Source: a bacterium | GTDB lineage: Bacteria; SZUA-79; Acidulodesulfobacterales; Acidulodesulfobacteraceae | Direction: 5' to 3' | NCBI GenBank assembly: GCA_021798875.1 | Contig: JAJZBN010000002.1 | Span: forward strand, 82,831 to 146,830 | DNA length: 64,000 nucleotides | In this document: positions 37,865-50,100 of the stretch, piece by piece | How positions within the stretch are numbered: position 1 is the first letter of the stretch | Layout: every line of letters begins with the position of its first letter | Program-made: the position numbers and the translations under genes | Notes under the pieces: model-generated | The model's database searches: none | What the model was told of the DNA's origin: nothing | What the model saw: the letters and a program-made list of their open reading frames with translations, nothing else

Positions 37865-39409
37865 TTATTTTTTAGCGGCTTTTTTAGAAACTTGCTTCGT
37901 TTTTTTCGCTTTAGCCGGTTTTGCGGCATTAGCGGGAGTTCCCCATGGCAAAGATGCAGGAGGAGTCCATTTTTTATGCTCTTTTGCTAAATGCTGATTA
38001 TATGCTATGATGTTTAAAGAATTTAAATAATGGATAACCTCTTTTGCTTGCGCCGTCGATATCGGACATCCGTTAACATCTTTCATTTGATGAATAACGA
38101 GATGTTGCCAAGTGCCGTATGCTTTTCCGTTATACCTTTCCACTCTGTTTAACGTATGGCATATTACGCACTTATCGTGCAAAGCGCCGAACCCTTTTTT
38201 AACGGGCCATGGATAAACAACCGGCGGAACGTATTTAGTTCCGTTTAGGTTCATAGTCTGATAAATAATCCTGTTTGTACCCCTTGCGGCGATTTTCATA
38301 TATCCCATGACGGGAACGTTAACCGCAACGCAAAGTCCACCTACTATTAAAAAAATCTGAGGAAATTTAGAAATATTTCCAAATTTAAAATTAGGCGTAA
38401 GGTCTTTTAGGTAATAACCGAGAACTAAAAAACCTGTTAAAAAAAGCCCTGATAAAGACAAATACTTGACAGGCTGCATATTTCCAAGCATCCCCATGGT
38501 TGTCGGAAGCATTCCAAAGCCTAAAGAAACAAGCCCGACTATTATAAGAAAAACTATAAGTCCAACAGATACCGTCGATTTGCTTTTATCTCTTCCGTTA
38601 ATAAGTTTCCACAGCATGTATATGTACTGCAATATCAAAGATGCTCCAAGCGTACCCAAAAATGTGTACATTATCCACTGATATTTTCCGAGCATTATCC
38701 TATTAAAGCCACTACTAGACGTTGCCCTGAAATGCTTAAACCATCCGAAATATACTATCGGATACGTAACCAGAAACATAACGGTTATTATGCTGGCAAA
38801 CGAACCTAACCAGTCGTAAAATTCTTTGTCTTCCTGTTTCGAAGAGATTATATATCTTATTCCAGCCCATATAGCAAGCAGTGCTCCGGCAAGGGCAAAA
38901 ATTTCGATATTTTTTTCTATGATTAATAGCAGAACCATAGGTGTTCTAATAGCAGTCTGCGGTGTCGGCCCCATAGTATAGCTTTCTGAAATGGTATAAA
39001 AAACGTCGGAAGTAAAACCTGCCAAGAAAGCAATTATACCGACAAATACGTTCCACCCCTGATGCTTTCCCTCGCCTTTTCTGTCAAAGCCTGCATAATA
39101 TATCGCGCCGAGAACGAGAAACGCAAGTAAAAAATCCATAGATAAAGCAATTACTCCAGGCTGCAATTTATTCATAAGTATCCAAAAATTCGGAATTCCG
39201 TTTCTAAGGAGACTCAAAAAATAAAAATAAATAATAGTCTGTATGGTGCCTATAACTAAGGCGCACATAATCAGCGGTTTTGCAAGCCTGAAGTATCTGT
39301 CTTCTTTTTTAAATATCCCGATATACTGGGATATAAAGGCAATCGCCATAAATCCTAGCGCTAGCCTGTTAATAAATAGATTTATTATATCTATAACACC
39401 TAAATTCAT
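37865..39409 (-). CDS. polytopic (~10-12 TM) membrane protein with a C-terminal mono-haem c-type cytochrome domain
   Basis: A single CVICH haem-c motif lies near residue 415, with candidate Met ligand HQMKD downstream, then a Lys/Ala-rich tail. GAGGAG RBS. Sits directly downstream of cytochrome b. Confidence 0.7.
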   Translation of the reverse strand: MNLGVIDIINLFINRLALGFMAIAFISQYIGIFKKEDRYFRLAKPLIMCALVIGTIQTIIYFYFLSLLRNGIPNFWILMNKLQPGVIALSMDFLLAFLVLGAIYYAGFDRKGEGKHQGWNVFVGIIAFLAGFTSDVFYTISESYTMGPTPQTAIRTPMVLLLIIEKNIEIFALAGALLAIWAGIRYIISSKQEDKEFYDWLGSFASIITVMFLVTYPIVYFGWFKHFRATSSSGFNRIMLGKYQWIMYTFLGTLGASLILQYIYMLWKLINGRDKSKSTVSVGLIVFLIIVGLVSLGFGMLPTTMGMLGNMQPVKYLSLSGLFLTGFLVLGYYLKDLTPNFKFGNISKFPQIFLIVGGLCVAVNVPVMGYMKIAARGTNRIIYQTMNLNGTKYVPPVVYPWPVKKGFGALHDKCVICHTLNRVERYNGKAYGTWQHLVIHQMKDVNGCPISTAQAKEVIHYLNSLNIIAYNQHLAKEHKKWTPPASLPWGTPANAAKPAKAKKTKQVSKKAAKK

Positions 39410-39431
39410 CGTATTTACTCCTCTTTTTATT

Positions 39432-40538
39432 TTATACGGTAGCAGGCGCTTTTGGTTCGCCGCCGATTAATGTTAAGTAAACTAACAAAAGGAGAAACAA
39501 AATCCCTAGTACCGTTGCCGCAGGTCTTTTAAACGGACTTCTTTCGTGTCCTCTGTCGATAAAAGGCAATGCAAAGAGTATAGCGAAACCAAGGACGGGA
39601 ACAAGAAACGTGGAAAATATTATTAGTCCGTGACCCGGAAAATATTTAAGCAGTTCCTCGTTTGCCAAGAAATACCAGTCGGCTTCCGGCGCAAAATTTA
39701 ATGCAAGAGGTCTGTACATAGGTCCTATCGCCGCTCCGTAATAAACGGCAAGAAAATAAATAACGGCAAATACGCCAAGTGCAACAATCATATCTTTAAA
39801 AAGTTGATCCGGAAAAAAAGGAACGGTTGCATCGGGATGTTTCCATTTATTAATATCGTCGTCCGAGAGTTTGCTGTTTTTGTATTCCAAAGCCATACCC
39901 TGCTCTCCCGTTTTTCTGACCAAAAAAATATGTATCGGTATGAACATGATAACTACAATCGGTAAAAGCCAAACGTGAATGGCAAATATATGCTGCATTG
40001 TTAAAACCGAGGTTTCGGTTCCGCCTTTTACTAAAATTCTTATAAAGCCGCCAATAAACGGCACATGGGATGCTACGTTATCTAAAACGTTTATCGTCCA
40101 CCACGAATTTTCGTTACCGACTAGCATATAACCCGTCAAACCAAGTATAACTACGACGGAAAATAAAACCATTCCCGCAACCCACTGCATTTCCCTAGGT
40201 TTTTTATACGAACCGGAAAAATAAACTCTGGACATATGCACAAGTAGAATGAAAATCATCGTAAATGCACCCCATAAGTGGATGCCGAGCAAAATATTAC
40301 CCATCAAAACATGATGCTTTAAAAAATAAGTGGAGTTTCTTGCCATGGGGAAATAAGGCACGTAATAAAACAAAAGGAACATTCCCGTTACTACCTGAAT
40401 TATGAAAAGAAAAGCCAGCAAACTGCCGAAAGTATATGCCCATCCGCCTCTTGCGGGAATTCTTTCGCCGTTAAACTCATTTATTAGTTCGGTGAGACCA
40501 ATTCTTTCGTCAAACCATTCCTGAATTTTTTTAAACAT
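39432..40538 (-). CDS. cytochrome b (fused b6-like + subunit IV-like)
   Basis: Bis-His pairs occur in helix B (GIHLWGAF...LLVHMSRV, 13-residue spacing) and helix D (AIHVW...IPIHIF, 14-residue spacing). The Qo-site region reads APEADWYFL. Start overlaps the Rieske stop. Confidence 0.88.
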   Translation of the reverse strand: MFKKIQEWFDERIGLTELINEFNGERIPARGGWAYTFGSLLAFLFIIQVVTGMFLLFYYVPYFPMARNSTYFLKHHVLMGNILLGIHLWGAFTMIFILLVHMSRVYFSGSYKKPREMQWVAGMVLFSVVVILGLTGYMLVGNENSWWTINVLDNVASHVPFIGGFIRILVKGGTETSVLTMQHIFAIHVWLLPIVVIMFIPIHIFLVRKTGEQGMALEYKNSKLSDDDINKWKHPDATVPFFPDQLFKDMIVALGVFAVIYFLAVYYGAAIGPMYRPLALNFAPEADWYFLANEELLKYFPGHGLIIFSTFLVPVLGFAILFALPFIDRGHERSPFKRPAATVLGILFLLLLVYLTLIGGEPKAPATV

Positions 40539-41059
40539 CAGACCCCCCTATCCTTTGGATTATCCATAAACTTATTTTGAATTAAAACTGTACCGTTATT
40601 TAATTTGTGCACCCATTGAAATAAAGGTCTTGGCGGAGGACCACCTACTACCTTGCCGAGAACGTTAAACATACCGCCGTGGCATGGGCATAAAAACTTT
40701 TGTCTTGCGGGTATCCAGTGTAAGGGACATCCTAAATGCGTGCATTGATTTGAAAAGAAATAAAGTTTTCCGGTTATGTCTTTAACGACTATAACCTGTC
40801 TTGGAAGCGTGTTGATTGTCCAGCCTTCTTTCACTCTGAAATAAACCGGAACAAATTTTGGCGTTAAGGGCTCGATTTTTTTTAAATCATCAATTTTGCC
40901 AAGTTCAGCCCATACTATGTCTCTTTTTTTAAACAGCGGACTTAAAATTGTGCCCAGTATAGGTATTGCAACGGCAACGCCTATTACGGCCGAAATTAAT
41001 CCGATAATAACTGTCATAAAAGTTCGCCTTGACGGCGAATCTTCCGAACTTTTGGTCAT
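40538..41059 (-). CDS. Rieske 2Fe-2S protein (Tat-exported)
   Basis: CTHLGCPL and CPCHGGMF boxes. Twin-arginine SRRTFM followed by a TM anchor. Confidence 0.9.
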   Translation of the reverse strand: MTKSSEDSPSRRTFMTVIIGLISAVIGVAVAIPILGTILSPLFKKRDIVWAELGKIDDLKKIEPLTPKFVPVYFRVKEGWTINTLPRQVIVVKDITGKLYFFSNQCTHLGCPLHWIPARQKFLCPCHGGMFNVLGKVVGGPPPRPLFQWVHKLNNGTVLIQNKFMDNPKDRGV

Positions 41060-41191
41060 TTTACCCCCCTTATTAAAAGAATTTATTTAGTTATACATAT
41101 GGTTTCAACCCTTAATATACGCGGTATTTTTAAAACACTAAATATTATTTTTTATCACTTAAGAAGCAAAAAGTCAATATATTTTTTGGCT

Positions 41192-44002
41192 TTACCTTTT
41201 AAACACTAAATTAGACAGGTATTTGCCTATGGACGAACTGTCGTTATGAGCCATATCTTCGGGCGTTCCGCTTGCTATTATCCTGCCGCCGCCCTCACCG
41301 CCTTCAGGACCCATATCGATAATATAATCTGCAGATTTTATGACGTCTAAATTGTGTTCGATAACTATTACGGTATTTCCCGCTTCTACGAGAAGGTTTA
41401 ATATTGTCAAAAGCTTGCTGATATCGTCGAAATGAAGTCCTGTCGTCGGTTCGTCAAGTATATATAATGTTTTATACTGTCCCGGCCTCGATAATTCTTT
41501 CGACAGCTTTATTCTCTGGGCTTCGCCTCCAGAAAGGGTAGTTGCAAGCTGACCGAGATTTATATAATCCAATCCGACGTCTATTAAAAATTTTAGTTTA
41601 TGGGCAAGCGGCGGAATAGCGTTAAAAAAATCGTAAGCTTCTTTCACCGTCATATTTAAAACATCGTAAATATTTTTATTTTTATACATGATTTCTAACG
41701 TAGGAGCATTATATCTTTTGCCTTTGCATACGTCGCACATAACATAAACGTCCGGCATAAAAAGCATTTCTATTTTCTTTACGCCGTCGCCGCTGCAGGC
41801 CTCGCATCTGCCGCCTTTAACGTTAAAGCTGAATCTGCCGGGATCGTAACCCCTTGATTTCGATTCTTTAGTACCGGCGAAAATTTCCCTTATTAAAGTA
41901 AAAATTCCAGTATAGGTTGCGGGATTAGACCTTGGCGTTCTTCCTATAGGCGACTGATCTATATTGACTACTCTGTCGAAATAATTTACGTTCTTAATGT
42001 CGTCAACCCGAAACCGCTTAAAATCGGCCGCGTAACCGTTTTTATAGGCAAAAACAGCCTGATATAACGTATCCAAAATTAAGGTGCTTTTTCCCGATCC
42101 TGAAACTCCTGTTATACATACGAAATTATTCAGGGGAATTTTAACGTCTATGTTTTTCAAATTATTCATCTTTGCGCCTTTTATTTCTAAGTAGCCAGAT
42201 AAATGTTCCCTTCTGAATTCGGGTATCGGAATTTTTAACTGTCCAGTTAAATATTTGCCGGTTAAAGAATCCGGATTTTTCATAATTTCTTCAGGAGTTC
42301 CTTGCGCTATAACATAGCCGCCATTCTTTCCCGCACCCGGACCCATATCTATTATATAGTCCGATTTGAGCATAGTAGTTTCGTCGTGCTCTACGACTAT
42401 CAGGCTGTTGCCCTTATCGCGCAAATCAAAAATAGTCTTAAGAAGCCTTTCGTTATCGTGCATATGCAGTCCGATACTCGGCTCGTCCATTACGTATAAA
42501 ACTCCCGTAAGTCCGGAACCTATTTGCGAGGCCAATCTTATTCTCTGCGATTCCCCGCCCGACAGCGTCTGCGCCTGCCTTGAAAGAGTCAGATATTCAA
42601 GCCCCACGTTTACTAAAAATTTTAACCTTTCTTTAACCTCGTTTAAAATTTTTGCCGCAACTTCAATCTCGTAATTGCTTAATTCAAGTTTATTAAAAAA
42701 ATTCAGAGCATTTTTTACGCTTAAATCGGAAATTTCCGCTATATTTAATCCGCTTATTTTATAACTTAAAGATTCTTTCCTTAACCTGAATCCGCCGCAC
42801 TCGGGACAAACCTTTTCCGATTTGAATTTATTGGGATCCAATAGATAATTCCCCTCGGCTATATTTCTTTTAAGCATGGGTATTATGCCTTCCCACTGCC
42901 TTAAATGATAGGAAGAACCGCCCGCCGCATCAAAAAATTTAATTTTTTCTTCTCCCGAACCGTATAATAATGCCTGCTTTATATCTGTACTCAAATCTTT
43001 ATAAGGGGTATATAAATCAAATCCGTAATGTTTTGAAAGCGAGTTAAAAATTTGGCTTTTATATACGGGAGTAGAATTTTTAAAAATAATTATAGCATCT
43101 TCTTTTAACGAAAGATTTTTATCCGGAACTATCAGGTCTTCGTCGAAATATTCCTTATAACCCAAGCCGCCGCATTCAGTACAGGCGCCTTGCGGACTGT
43201 TAAAAGAAAAAACGGCGGGTTCCGGTTTGCCGTAACTTATATTGCAGTCTAAGCAGATAGAATTTTCGGTTAATATTTCTTCCCTGTCTTCATATTTAAG
43301 TTTTAATATGCCGGAAGACAATTTTAAAGCAAGTTCTATGGAATCAAACAGTCTTTTTTTATTTTCTTCTTTTATTATCAGCCTGTCTATGACTAAGTCT
43401 ATGTTATGCTTCTTTTTTTTGTCTAAATTAATCGGTTCGTCTAAATTATATTCCTTCCCGTCGGCATAGATTCTATAAAAACCGTGTTTTAAGTAATCGT
43501 CGAATTTTGCCTTAAACTCTCCTTTCCTGTTAATGGCTATGGGAGATAAAACTATAAGTTTTTCGCCGGCTTTATTGGAATAAACCGACTCCACCATACT
43601 GTCGATAGTTTTTGGCTCTATTTTTTTACCGCAGTTATAACAGTACGGAACACCTATTCTTGCGAAAAGAACTCTTAAATAATCGTAAATTTCGGTAATT
43701 GTGCCTACCGTAGAACGGGGATTTTTGCTGACGGATTTTTGTTCGATAGAAATAGCCGGAGAAAGCCCCTCGACGGAATCTACGTCCGGTTTATCCATCT
43801 GCTCCATAAACTGCCGCGCGTATGACGACAGGGATTCAAGATATCTTCTCTGTCCTTCGGCAAATACGGTATCAAACGCAAGAGACGATTTGCCGGAGCC
43901 TGAAAGTCCCGTTATAACCACAAGTTTATCTTTGGGTATTTCGACGTTTATATTTTTTAAATTATGCTGCCTTGCTCCTTTAATAACTATCTTTCTTTCC
44001 AT
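41192..44002 (-). CDS. uvrA: excinuclease ABC subunit A
   Basis: Two ABC modules ([14 protein letters not shown] / [12 protein letters not shown]; [10 protein letters not shown] / [11 protein letters not shown]) and Zn-finger Cys clusters. I prefer the ATG at 44002 ([18 protein letters not shown]), which is the usual UvrA N-terminus. Confidence 0.95.
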   Translation of the reverse strand: MERKIVIKGARQHNLKNINVEIPKDKLVVITGLSGSGKSSLAFDTVFAEGQRRYLESLSSYARQFMEQMDKPDVDSVEGLSPAISIEQKSVSKNPRSTVGTITEIYDYLRVLFARIGVPYCYNCGKKIEPKTIDSMVESVYSNKAGEKLIVLSPIAINRKGEFKAKFDDYLKHGFYRIYADGKEYNLDEPINLDKKKKHNIDLVIDRLIIKEENKKRLFDSIELALKLSSGILKLKYEDREEILTENSICLDCNISYGKPEPAVFSFNSPQGACTECGGLGYKEYFDEDLIVPDKNLSLKEDAIIIFKNSTPVYKSQIFNSLSKHYGFDLYTPYKDLSTDIKQALLYGSGEEKIKFFDAAGGSSYHLRQWEGIIPMLKRNIAEGNYLLDPNKFKSEKVCPECGGFRLRKESLSYKISGLNIAEISDLSVKNALNFFNKLELSNYEIEVAAKILNEVKERLKFLVNVGLEYLTLSRQAQTLSGGESQRIRLASQIGSGLTGVLYVMDEPSIGLHMHDNERLLKTIFDLRDKGNSLIVVEHDETTMLKSDYIIDMGPGAGKNGGYVIAQGTPEEIMKNPDSLTGKYLTGQLKIPIPEFRREHLSGYLEIKGAKMNNLKNIDVKIPLNNFVCITGVSGSGKSTLILDTLYQAVFAYKNGYAADFKRFRVDDIKNVNYFDRVVNIDQSPIGRTPRSNPATYTGIFTLIREIFAGTKESKSRGYDPGRFSFNVKGGRCEACSGDGVKKIEMLFMPDVYVMCDVCKGKRYNAPTLEIMYKNKNIYDVLNMTVKEAYDFFNAIPPLAHKLKFLIDVGLDYINLGQLATTLSGGEAQRIKLSKELSRPGQYKTLYILDEPTTGLHFDDISKLLTILNLLVEAGNTVIVIEHNLDVIKSADYIIDMGPEGGEGGGRIIASGTPEDMAHNDSSSIGKYLSNLVFKR

Positions 44003-45042
44003 CGTTTTCTGTTCTCCGATATCCTGCCGACTAATTTTATGGCTTCTATCATACTGCCGCAATCCGCCTTATTCTTGCCGGCAATATCGTAAGCCGTCCC
44101 GTGTACAGGGGACGTCCTGATAAATTTTAATCCCGCCGTAACGTTGACCCCCTTATGGAATGAAAGCAGTTTAAAAGGTATCAGCGCCTGATCGTGATAC
44201 ATAGCGACTATTAAATCGAATTTTTTATATTTTTCGGCAAAAAAACTATCCGCAGGGAAAGGACCGGCAATATTTTCTTTATAATTCTTAAATTCCTCGA
44301 TAACGGGAGCTATGATTTCTTTCTCTTCGTTTCCTATTCTTCCGTTTTCTCCCGCATGAGGATTTAAACCGAGAACCGCAATATGTGGACTATTTTTTCC
44401 CAGGTCTATTTTTAACCAGTCGAAAGAAATTTTTATTATTTTTCTGAGCAGATCTTTAGTAATTTTTGCCGGAACTGCCGAAATAGGTATATGTATTGTC
44501 GAAAGAATAGCAATAAGTTTATCGGAATAGAAAAGCATGGCAAAATCGTCGGAACCCGCTAAATACCCTAAAAGCTCGGTATGTCCGCCGAATCTTGCGC
44601 CGCCTTTGAGCATCATATCTTTATTTATAGGCGCAGTCGTGAAACCGAGTATCTTTTCTTTTACGGAAAAATTAACGGCTGTCTCTATAAATTTTTCGAC
44701 GTCTTTTGCGTAAGTATGGTTGACGTATCCATGCTTAACCTGCGCATAAGATTTAGAAGCTAAATCGATTACGTTTATTTTTCCCGTGTGATAAGCATAA
44801 TCTATAAGCGAATCGGGCTTAATTAAATTTATAGGCGTATCTATTTTTATTATATTCCGCGAAGTATATTCTATATTTTCAAAAGACCCGAAAATAACAG
44901 GTTTAATATATTCGCCTTCGTCTATAAAATGTTTGACGGACTTAATTGCTATTTCCGGACCTATTCCTCCGGGGTCGCCCATAGTAATGCCTATAAAACG
45001 ATTTTCTTCATTCAATTTTAGTTTTACTTTTTTATACTGCAA
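43987..45042 (-). CDS. pdxA: 4-hydroxythreonine-4-phosphate dehydrogenase
   Basis: [19 protein letters not shown] and [14 protein letters not shown] contexts. Confidence 0.9.
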   Translation of the reverse strand: MQYKKVKLKLNEENRFIGITMGDPGGIGPEIAIKSVKHFIDEGEYIKPVIFGSFENIEYTSRNIIKIDTPINLIKPDSLIDYAYHTGKINVIDLASKSYAQVKHGYVNHTYAKDVEKFIETAVNFSVKEKILGFTTAPINKDMMLKGGARFGGHTELLGYLAGSDDFAMLFYSDKLIAILSTIHIPISAVPAKITKDLLRKIIKISFDWLKIDLGKNSPHIAVLGLNPHAGENGRIGNEEKEIIAPVIEEFKNYKENIAGPFPADSFFAEKYKKFDLIVAMYHDQALIPFKLLSFHKGVNVTAGLKFIRTSPVHGTAYDIAGKNKADCGSMIEAIKLVGRISENRKRWKER

Positions 45043-46045
45043 TCAATATTTTAACGTAAGAATTTTTTCTTGCTTTTTTTAAAATTTTTCTTAAATATTT
45101 ATTTGTCCTATTTTTTTCGAGAATCGAAAATATTTGCTGCTTTACCTGCTTAAAAGTTCTAAACGAACCCATTTTTTTACCTACCGACTTCAATATGGCA
45201 TAACCGAATTTAGTTCTTATAACCGGACTTATCTGCCCTACATGCAGTTTAAAGGCTATATCGGAAAAATTTGGCGACAGTTTATTTTTATAAACATATC
45301 CTATTCTTCCGCCGTTTTTTTCGGAAGGATCTTCGGAATATTCTCTCGCAAGTTCGGAAAAGCTTTTTGCCCCCGATATTGCATTTTCTCTTATTGCAGA
45401 AATCCTTTTGTAAATTTCTTCCTTAGTTTTTTTATTTGCGTTTTGAGGAACCGCTAAAAAAATAAGTTTAAGATCGACTTGAGGTTCCCCTCTAAATTCT
45501 TCAATATTTTTTCTGTAATAATTTATTAATTGACTTTTTGTTATTACCATTTTATTTCCAAAAACTTTTCTTAAAAGTTCTACTTCCATAAAATGATTTT
45601 TAACCTGTTTTAGATATGCTTTTTTACTTATTCCCTTTTTGGCCAGAAACTTAAAAAACTGCTTAACGGTAAAGTTATTGGCGAGAGCCACCGCCTTAAC
45701 ATACGCTTTTAACTGCTTAGGCGCAATATAAATAGCGGCTTTTTCTTCTTCCTGCCTGATTAAAATTTTATCGACTAACGCATTAAGTACAGCTTTGGTC
45801 TTAGACATGACCGCCGTGTCTTCCTGAGTAAAAATACCCTGCGAAGCTTCATTTTGCATCTGCTCGTACTGCTCGAAAGCCGGTCTGTCGAATCTTGCAA
45901 ACTCGTATAGAGTTATAGGCGTCTTATTAACTACGGCTATTACCTGATCTATTATTACTGCGTTTGCATTTTTTATTGAGGCGGAAAATAAAACCGACGT
46001 TATAAATGCGGATATTAAAATTACAAAAATCTTATTTTTTCTCAT
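45032..46045 (-). CDS. periplasmic SurA-like chaperone / PpiC-type peptidyl-prolyl isomerase
   Basis: The signal peptide MRKNKIFVILISAFITSVLFSASIKNANA appears if the start is the ATG at 46045. Also has a SurA_N-like region and a parvulin domain (NGGRIGYV...GQISPVIRTKFGYAILK). The track start at 46108 would add 21 residues before the signal peptide. Confidence 0.8.
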   Translation of the reverse strand: MRKNKIFVILISAFITSVLFSASIKNANAVIIDQVIAVVNKTPITLYEFARFDRPAFEQYEQMQNEASQGIFTQEDTAVMSKTKAVLNALVDKILIRQEEEKAAIYIAPKQLKAYVKAVALANNFTVKQFFKFLAKKGISKKAYLKQVKNHFMEVELLRKVFGNKMVITKSQLINYYRKNIEEFRGEPQVDLKLIFLAVPQNANKKTKEEIYKRISAIRENAISGAKSFSELAREYSEDPSEKNGGRIGYVYKNKLSPNFSDIAFKLHVGQISPVIRTKFGYAILKSVGKKMGSFRTFKQVKQQIFSILEKNRTNKYLRKILKKARKNSYVKILIAV

Positions 46046-46100
46046 TTTTTTTATTAATAAAACGGATATAATTCCGTAATTAGTATTACTTATAAGCGAA

Positions 46101-46128
46101 TACGGCATAAAATATAATTTATGCCGTA
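46101..46128. other. perfect 11-bp-stem hairpin between the two PPIase genes
   Basis: TACGGCATAAA-ATATAA-TTTATGCCGTA, read directly from the sequence. No clear U-tract follows it. Confidence 0.4.
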
Positions 46129-46182
46129 TATAATTATCGAAATATTTTATTGCTGCGTCTATAAAGCTTTTAGCTGTTTTTT

Positions 46183-47100
46183 TTACTTTTTCGCAGCCGC
46201 TTTAGCCTGACCCGGCGATACCTGAGATACCGCAGAATTTGCAACCGGCAAATTTTTATAAAAATACTTAATTTTAGCTTTTTTTCTTAAATTTCCTACA
46301 AAAGATTTTAAAATTTTCGATGCTTCTTTCTGCTTCATTATCATTATTATCTGATTTTTTAAAGATGAAAAAGGTTTAGGTTTTCCGGTAACTATGTTAT
46401 TTAATTTTATAATGTCGTAATGGCTGCCTACCCTTACTATCTTTGATATACCGCCGACTTTAGGTATGCTAAAAGCCGCATTATTAAATGCAGGAGTAGT
46501 TTCCTGAAATTTTATCCAGCCTAACATACCGCCGTTTTTCGCATTAGGCGCCGTCGAATATTTTTGCGCAACCGCAGGAAAAGGTTTGCCTGAAGCAAGC
46601 ATTTTATATGCCAACTGAGCTTTTTTCGGGGAATTTAACTGGATATAGCTTACGTTAATTTTTGAAGGCAGATTAAAAGAAAGATAGTGCTTTTTATAAT
46701 AAGCCTTGGCATCGGCAGTGGTCACTTTTACTTTATTTGCAACTTCTTTATGAAGCAAAAGCTGGACTAAAAGACCTTTTTTAAAATCGGAAATCTGCGT
46801 TTTATAAGATTTTGATTTATTTACCCCTTCTTTTAAAGCCTCGTTTACTAAAATCTGCCTGTCCACAAGACTTTTTAGCAGCCTTTTTTCGCCTGTCGGC
46901 GTTTCGAGATAAGACCTCAGTTCAGGTGGAAATTTGGACATTTCCTCTTGAAATTTTGCTACCGTAATAGGTTTGCCGTTTACTTCCGCAATTACTTTTG
47001 AAGATGTCGAAGGCTGTTTCTTTGCGCATCCGTATAGACCCATCGATAATACTATCGAAAACAGGGCGATTAATAAAATAGAACCTTTGAGCTTTTTCAT
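46183..47100 (-). CDS. PpiC-type peptidyl-prolyl isomerase lipoprotein (PrsA/PpiD-like)
   Basis: Lipobox LSMGLYGC and parvulin domain NGGMLGWIKF...GGISKIVRVGSHYDIIKL. Confidence 0.8.
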   Translation of the reverse strand: MKKLKGSILLIALFSIVLSMGLYGCAKKQPSTSSKVIAEVNGKPITVAKFQEEMSKFPPELRSYLETPTGEKRLLKSLVDRQILVNEALKEGVNKSKSYKTQISDFKKGLLVQLLLHKEVANKVKVTTADAKAYYKKHYLSFNLPSKINVSYIQLNSPKKAQLAYKMLASGKPFPAVAQKYSTAPNAKNGGMLGWIKFQETTPAFNNAAFSIPKVGGISKIVRVGSHYDIIKLNNIVTGKPKPFSSLKNQIIMIMKQKEASKILKSFVGNLRKKAKIKYFYKNLPVANSAVSQVSPGQAKAAAKK

Positions 47101-47157
47101 TTTCCCCTCTTGAACAAATAAAAGTTAAATTAAGTTGATTTAAAGCAAATACAATTA

Positions 47158-50100
47158 TTAAATATTAACATAGCCGTATAATCGTTGCAAGATAATTTTA
47201 GCTTTCTCTATTTTATCCTGCTTAGAATCTAAATGCTTAAACCTTAGCCTCATTTTAAATTCATCTATAAAATTAATTATATATTCCGACGAAGATTCTT
47301 TATCGTTTATAAATTTTATAATTCTTTCGAAAATGGATGCCGCAGAATTATGAAATTCCATAATAAACTCGCCGTCTTTAATCTCTATAAGGCTGACCTT
47401 GCAATTTTTCATATTAATTTTAAGTTCTGCAATTTTTAACAGATTTTTAACCGGGTCTTCAATCCTGCCGAATCTGTCTTCAAGCTCCTTATTTATATTT
47501 TCTACGTCGTTAATAGTCACGCAATTAGCCAGTTTTCTATAAAAAGATGCCTTGGTTTTTTCGTCTTCTATATAACTTTTAGGAATATAAGCAGACAAAT
47601 TGGTTTTAACTTCCGGATTAATCTGCGCCGGCAATATTATGCCGCGCATTTTTTCAATCTCTTCCTTTAACATCTGCATGCACATCTCGAGACCGACCGA
47701 GTTTATATGTCCGGATTGAGCTCCTCCCAAGATATTTCCCGCACCCCTTATTTCTAAATCCGCCATGGCAAGTTTAAATCCTGAGCTCAATTCGCTGTAT
47801 TCTTTAACGGCGCTGAGCCTTTTCATCTGTTCAGTGCTTATATTTTCGACGGGCATTCCTATAACGGCATAGCAATATGCTTGAATGTGCGATCTACCGA
47901 CCCTACCCCTCAGCTGATAAAGCTGGCTAAGTCCAAATTTTTCGGCATTATTTATAATAATCGTATTTACGTTAGGATTGTCTAATCCCGATTCTATTAT
48001 AGCGGTTGAAAGCAGGACGTCGTATCCTTTATCGTAAAAAATATGCATAATATCCATAATTTTTTCCGGTTCTAACCTCCCGTGAACTACGCCTATTCTT
48101 ATATCCGGCATAATTTTAGCAAGCCTGTCCCTAACCGAATCTAAATGAGATATTCGGTTATCGATAAAATAAACCTGTCCGCCTCTGTTTATTTCGTTAA
48201 ATATCGCTTTCTTAATTATCTCTTCGTCGTAGCTTACTATTTCCGTTATAACGTTTTTTCTTCCCGAAGGAGGCGTGCTTATAATGCTTAAGTCCCTTAT
48301 TCCCGACATAGACATATAAAGCGTCCTCGGAATAGGAGTTGCGCTCATCGCCAAAACGTCTATCGAATATCTTAATTTTTTTATTTTTTCTTTCTGCATT
48401 GCGCCGAATTTTTGCTCTTCGTCGATAATAAGAAGACTTATATCCTTATATTTTATTTTTTCCGACAGCAATTTATGCGTTCCGATAATTATATCTATCT
48501 CTCCGTTTTTAATTCCTTTAACGATTTCTTTTTCTTCGTTTTTCTTAACGAATCTTGAGATATGCGCAATTTTTACGGGATACTTATCGAATCTTTTTTT
48601 AAAATTTTGATAATGCTGGTCGACTAAAATAGTGGTAGGCGCTATTAAGGCAACCTGTTTGCCGTCCATAGCCGCTTTAAAAGCCGCTCTTATAGCTACC
48701 TCGGTTTTGCCGAACCCAACGTCTCCGCATATCAGCCTGTCCATAGGCTTATTACTCTGCATATCCTGCAAAACTTCTTTAATGGCTCTTGTCTGGTCTT
48801 CCGTTTCTTCAAATTCAAAATTTTCCTCAAATTCCCGGTATTCTTCATCTTCCTGAGAAAAAGCAAACCCCCTGTCCGTCATTCTTTTTGCGTAAAGAAC
48901 TTTTAAATCTTCCGCAATTTCTTCAATTTTCTTTTTTGCTTTTGACTTGGCTTTCTCCCAAGATTTATTGCCGAGCCTGTTTAAAGCCGGAGCATTATCT
49001 TCGGAAGAAGATATATATTTGTGTAAAAGATAAATTTTTTCCGACGGAACGAATAGTTTATCTCCTCCTTCGAAAATAAGGGTAAAATAATCGGACGATA
49101 TGCCGTTAAGCGTGATATTTCTAATTTCGGTAAACCGCGCAATTCCGAACTCGTCGTGAACTACGTAATCTCCAGGGTTTAACTCTTCTATGCTTTTAAA
49201 ATAGTCTAATCCCGAAGTCTTCGACCTGTTTGAACTTTCGGGAACGATATCTAAATGTTCCCTGAAAAGTTCCTCTCCTTTAATTAAAAAAAGTTTATTT
49301 TTTTTAGATATAAATCCGGATGAAACATTGCCGTTCTGAATTTTAAATAATCCGTTTTTTATTTCTTCTTCGCTTAATCCTATGGAAGCAAAAATATTTA
49401 TAAACCTTTCCCTGTGAATTTCGTTTTTGGAAACGATCGTTACCTTATATTCTTTTTTTATAAGATTGAGGATTATTTTTTTTAACAGGGTCAGATTTAA
49501 TTTACCGTTTTCATATTTTAGCTTTTCGGCAAAACGGTTGTTTACCGATTTTATTTCCGAAAACTTTTCTCCTTTGTTATTGCCTGCACCGTTTTTAATT
49601 CCATAATATACCGAAGATTTCTTAATATTAAAATAATAAAATTTATTTAAATTGTTTAAAAGCCGGTTAAAATTATTTTTATTTTCCTGACTGCGATTTA
49701 AAAAATCTAAAAGTTCGGTTTCCGGTTCTTCTATATACAAAACAGGATTTGGAACGGATTCCAATATATTTAAAGTCTTTGGATAATAGTTGGATTTTAC
49801 GGGAAATACGGTAAATGCATCTATATTTTTAATACTTAACTGCGTATTGATGTCAAAATACCGCAAATCTTCTACGGTTTCGTCAAAAAAATCGATCCTG
49901 ATAGGATAAGGAAAATCTGCATTGCTTATGTCTATTATTTCCCCTCTTACGGCAAATTCGTTTTCGTTTTCGATAATGTTCGTTCTTTCATAGCCGTATG
50001 AAGCGAGAGTTTCTATAAGACCGTCGCGCGAAAAGTTTAAACCTTTTTTAATATGAATAAATGAGTTAAGAAGGCTGTCCGGCTCAGGCACTTTAGAAAA

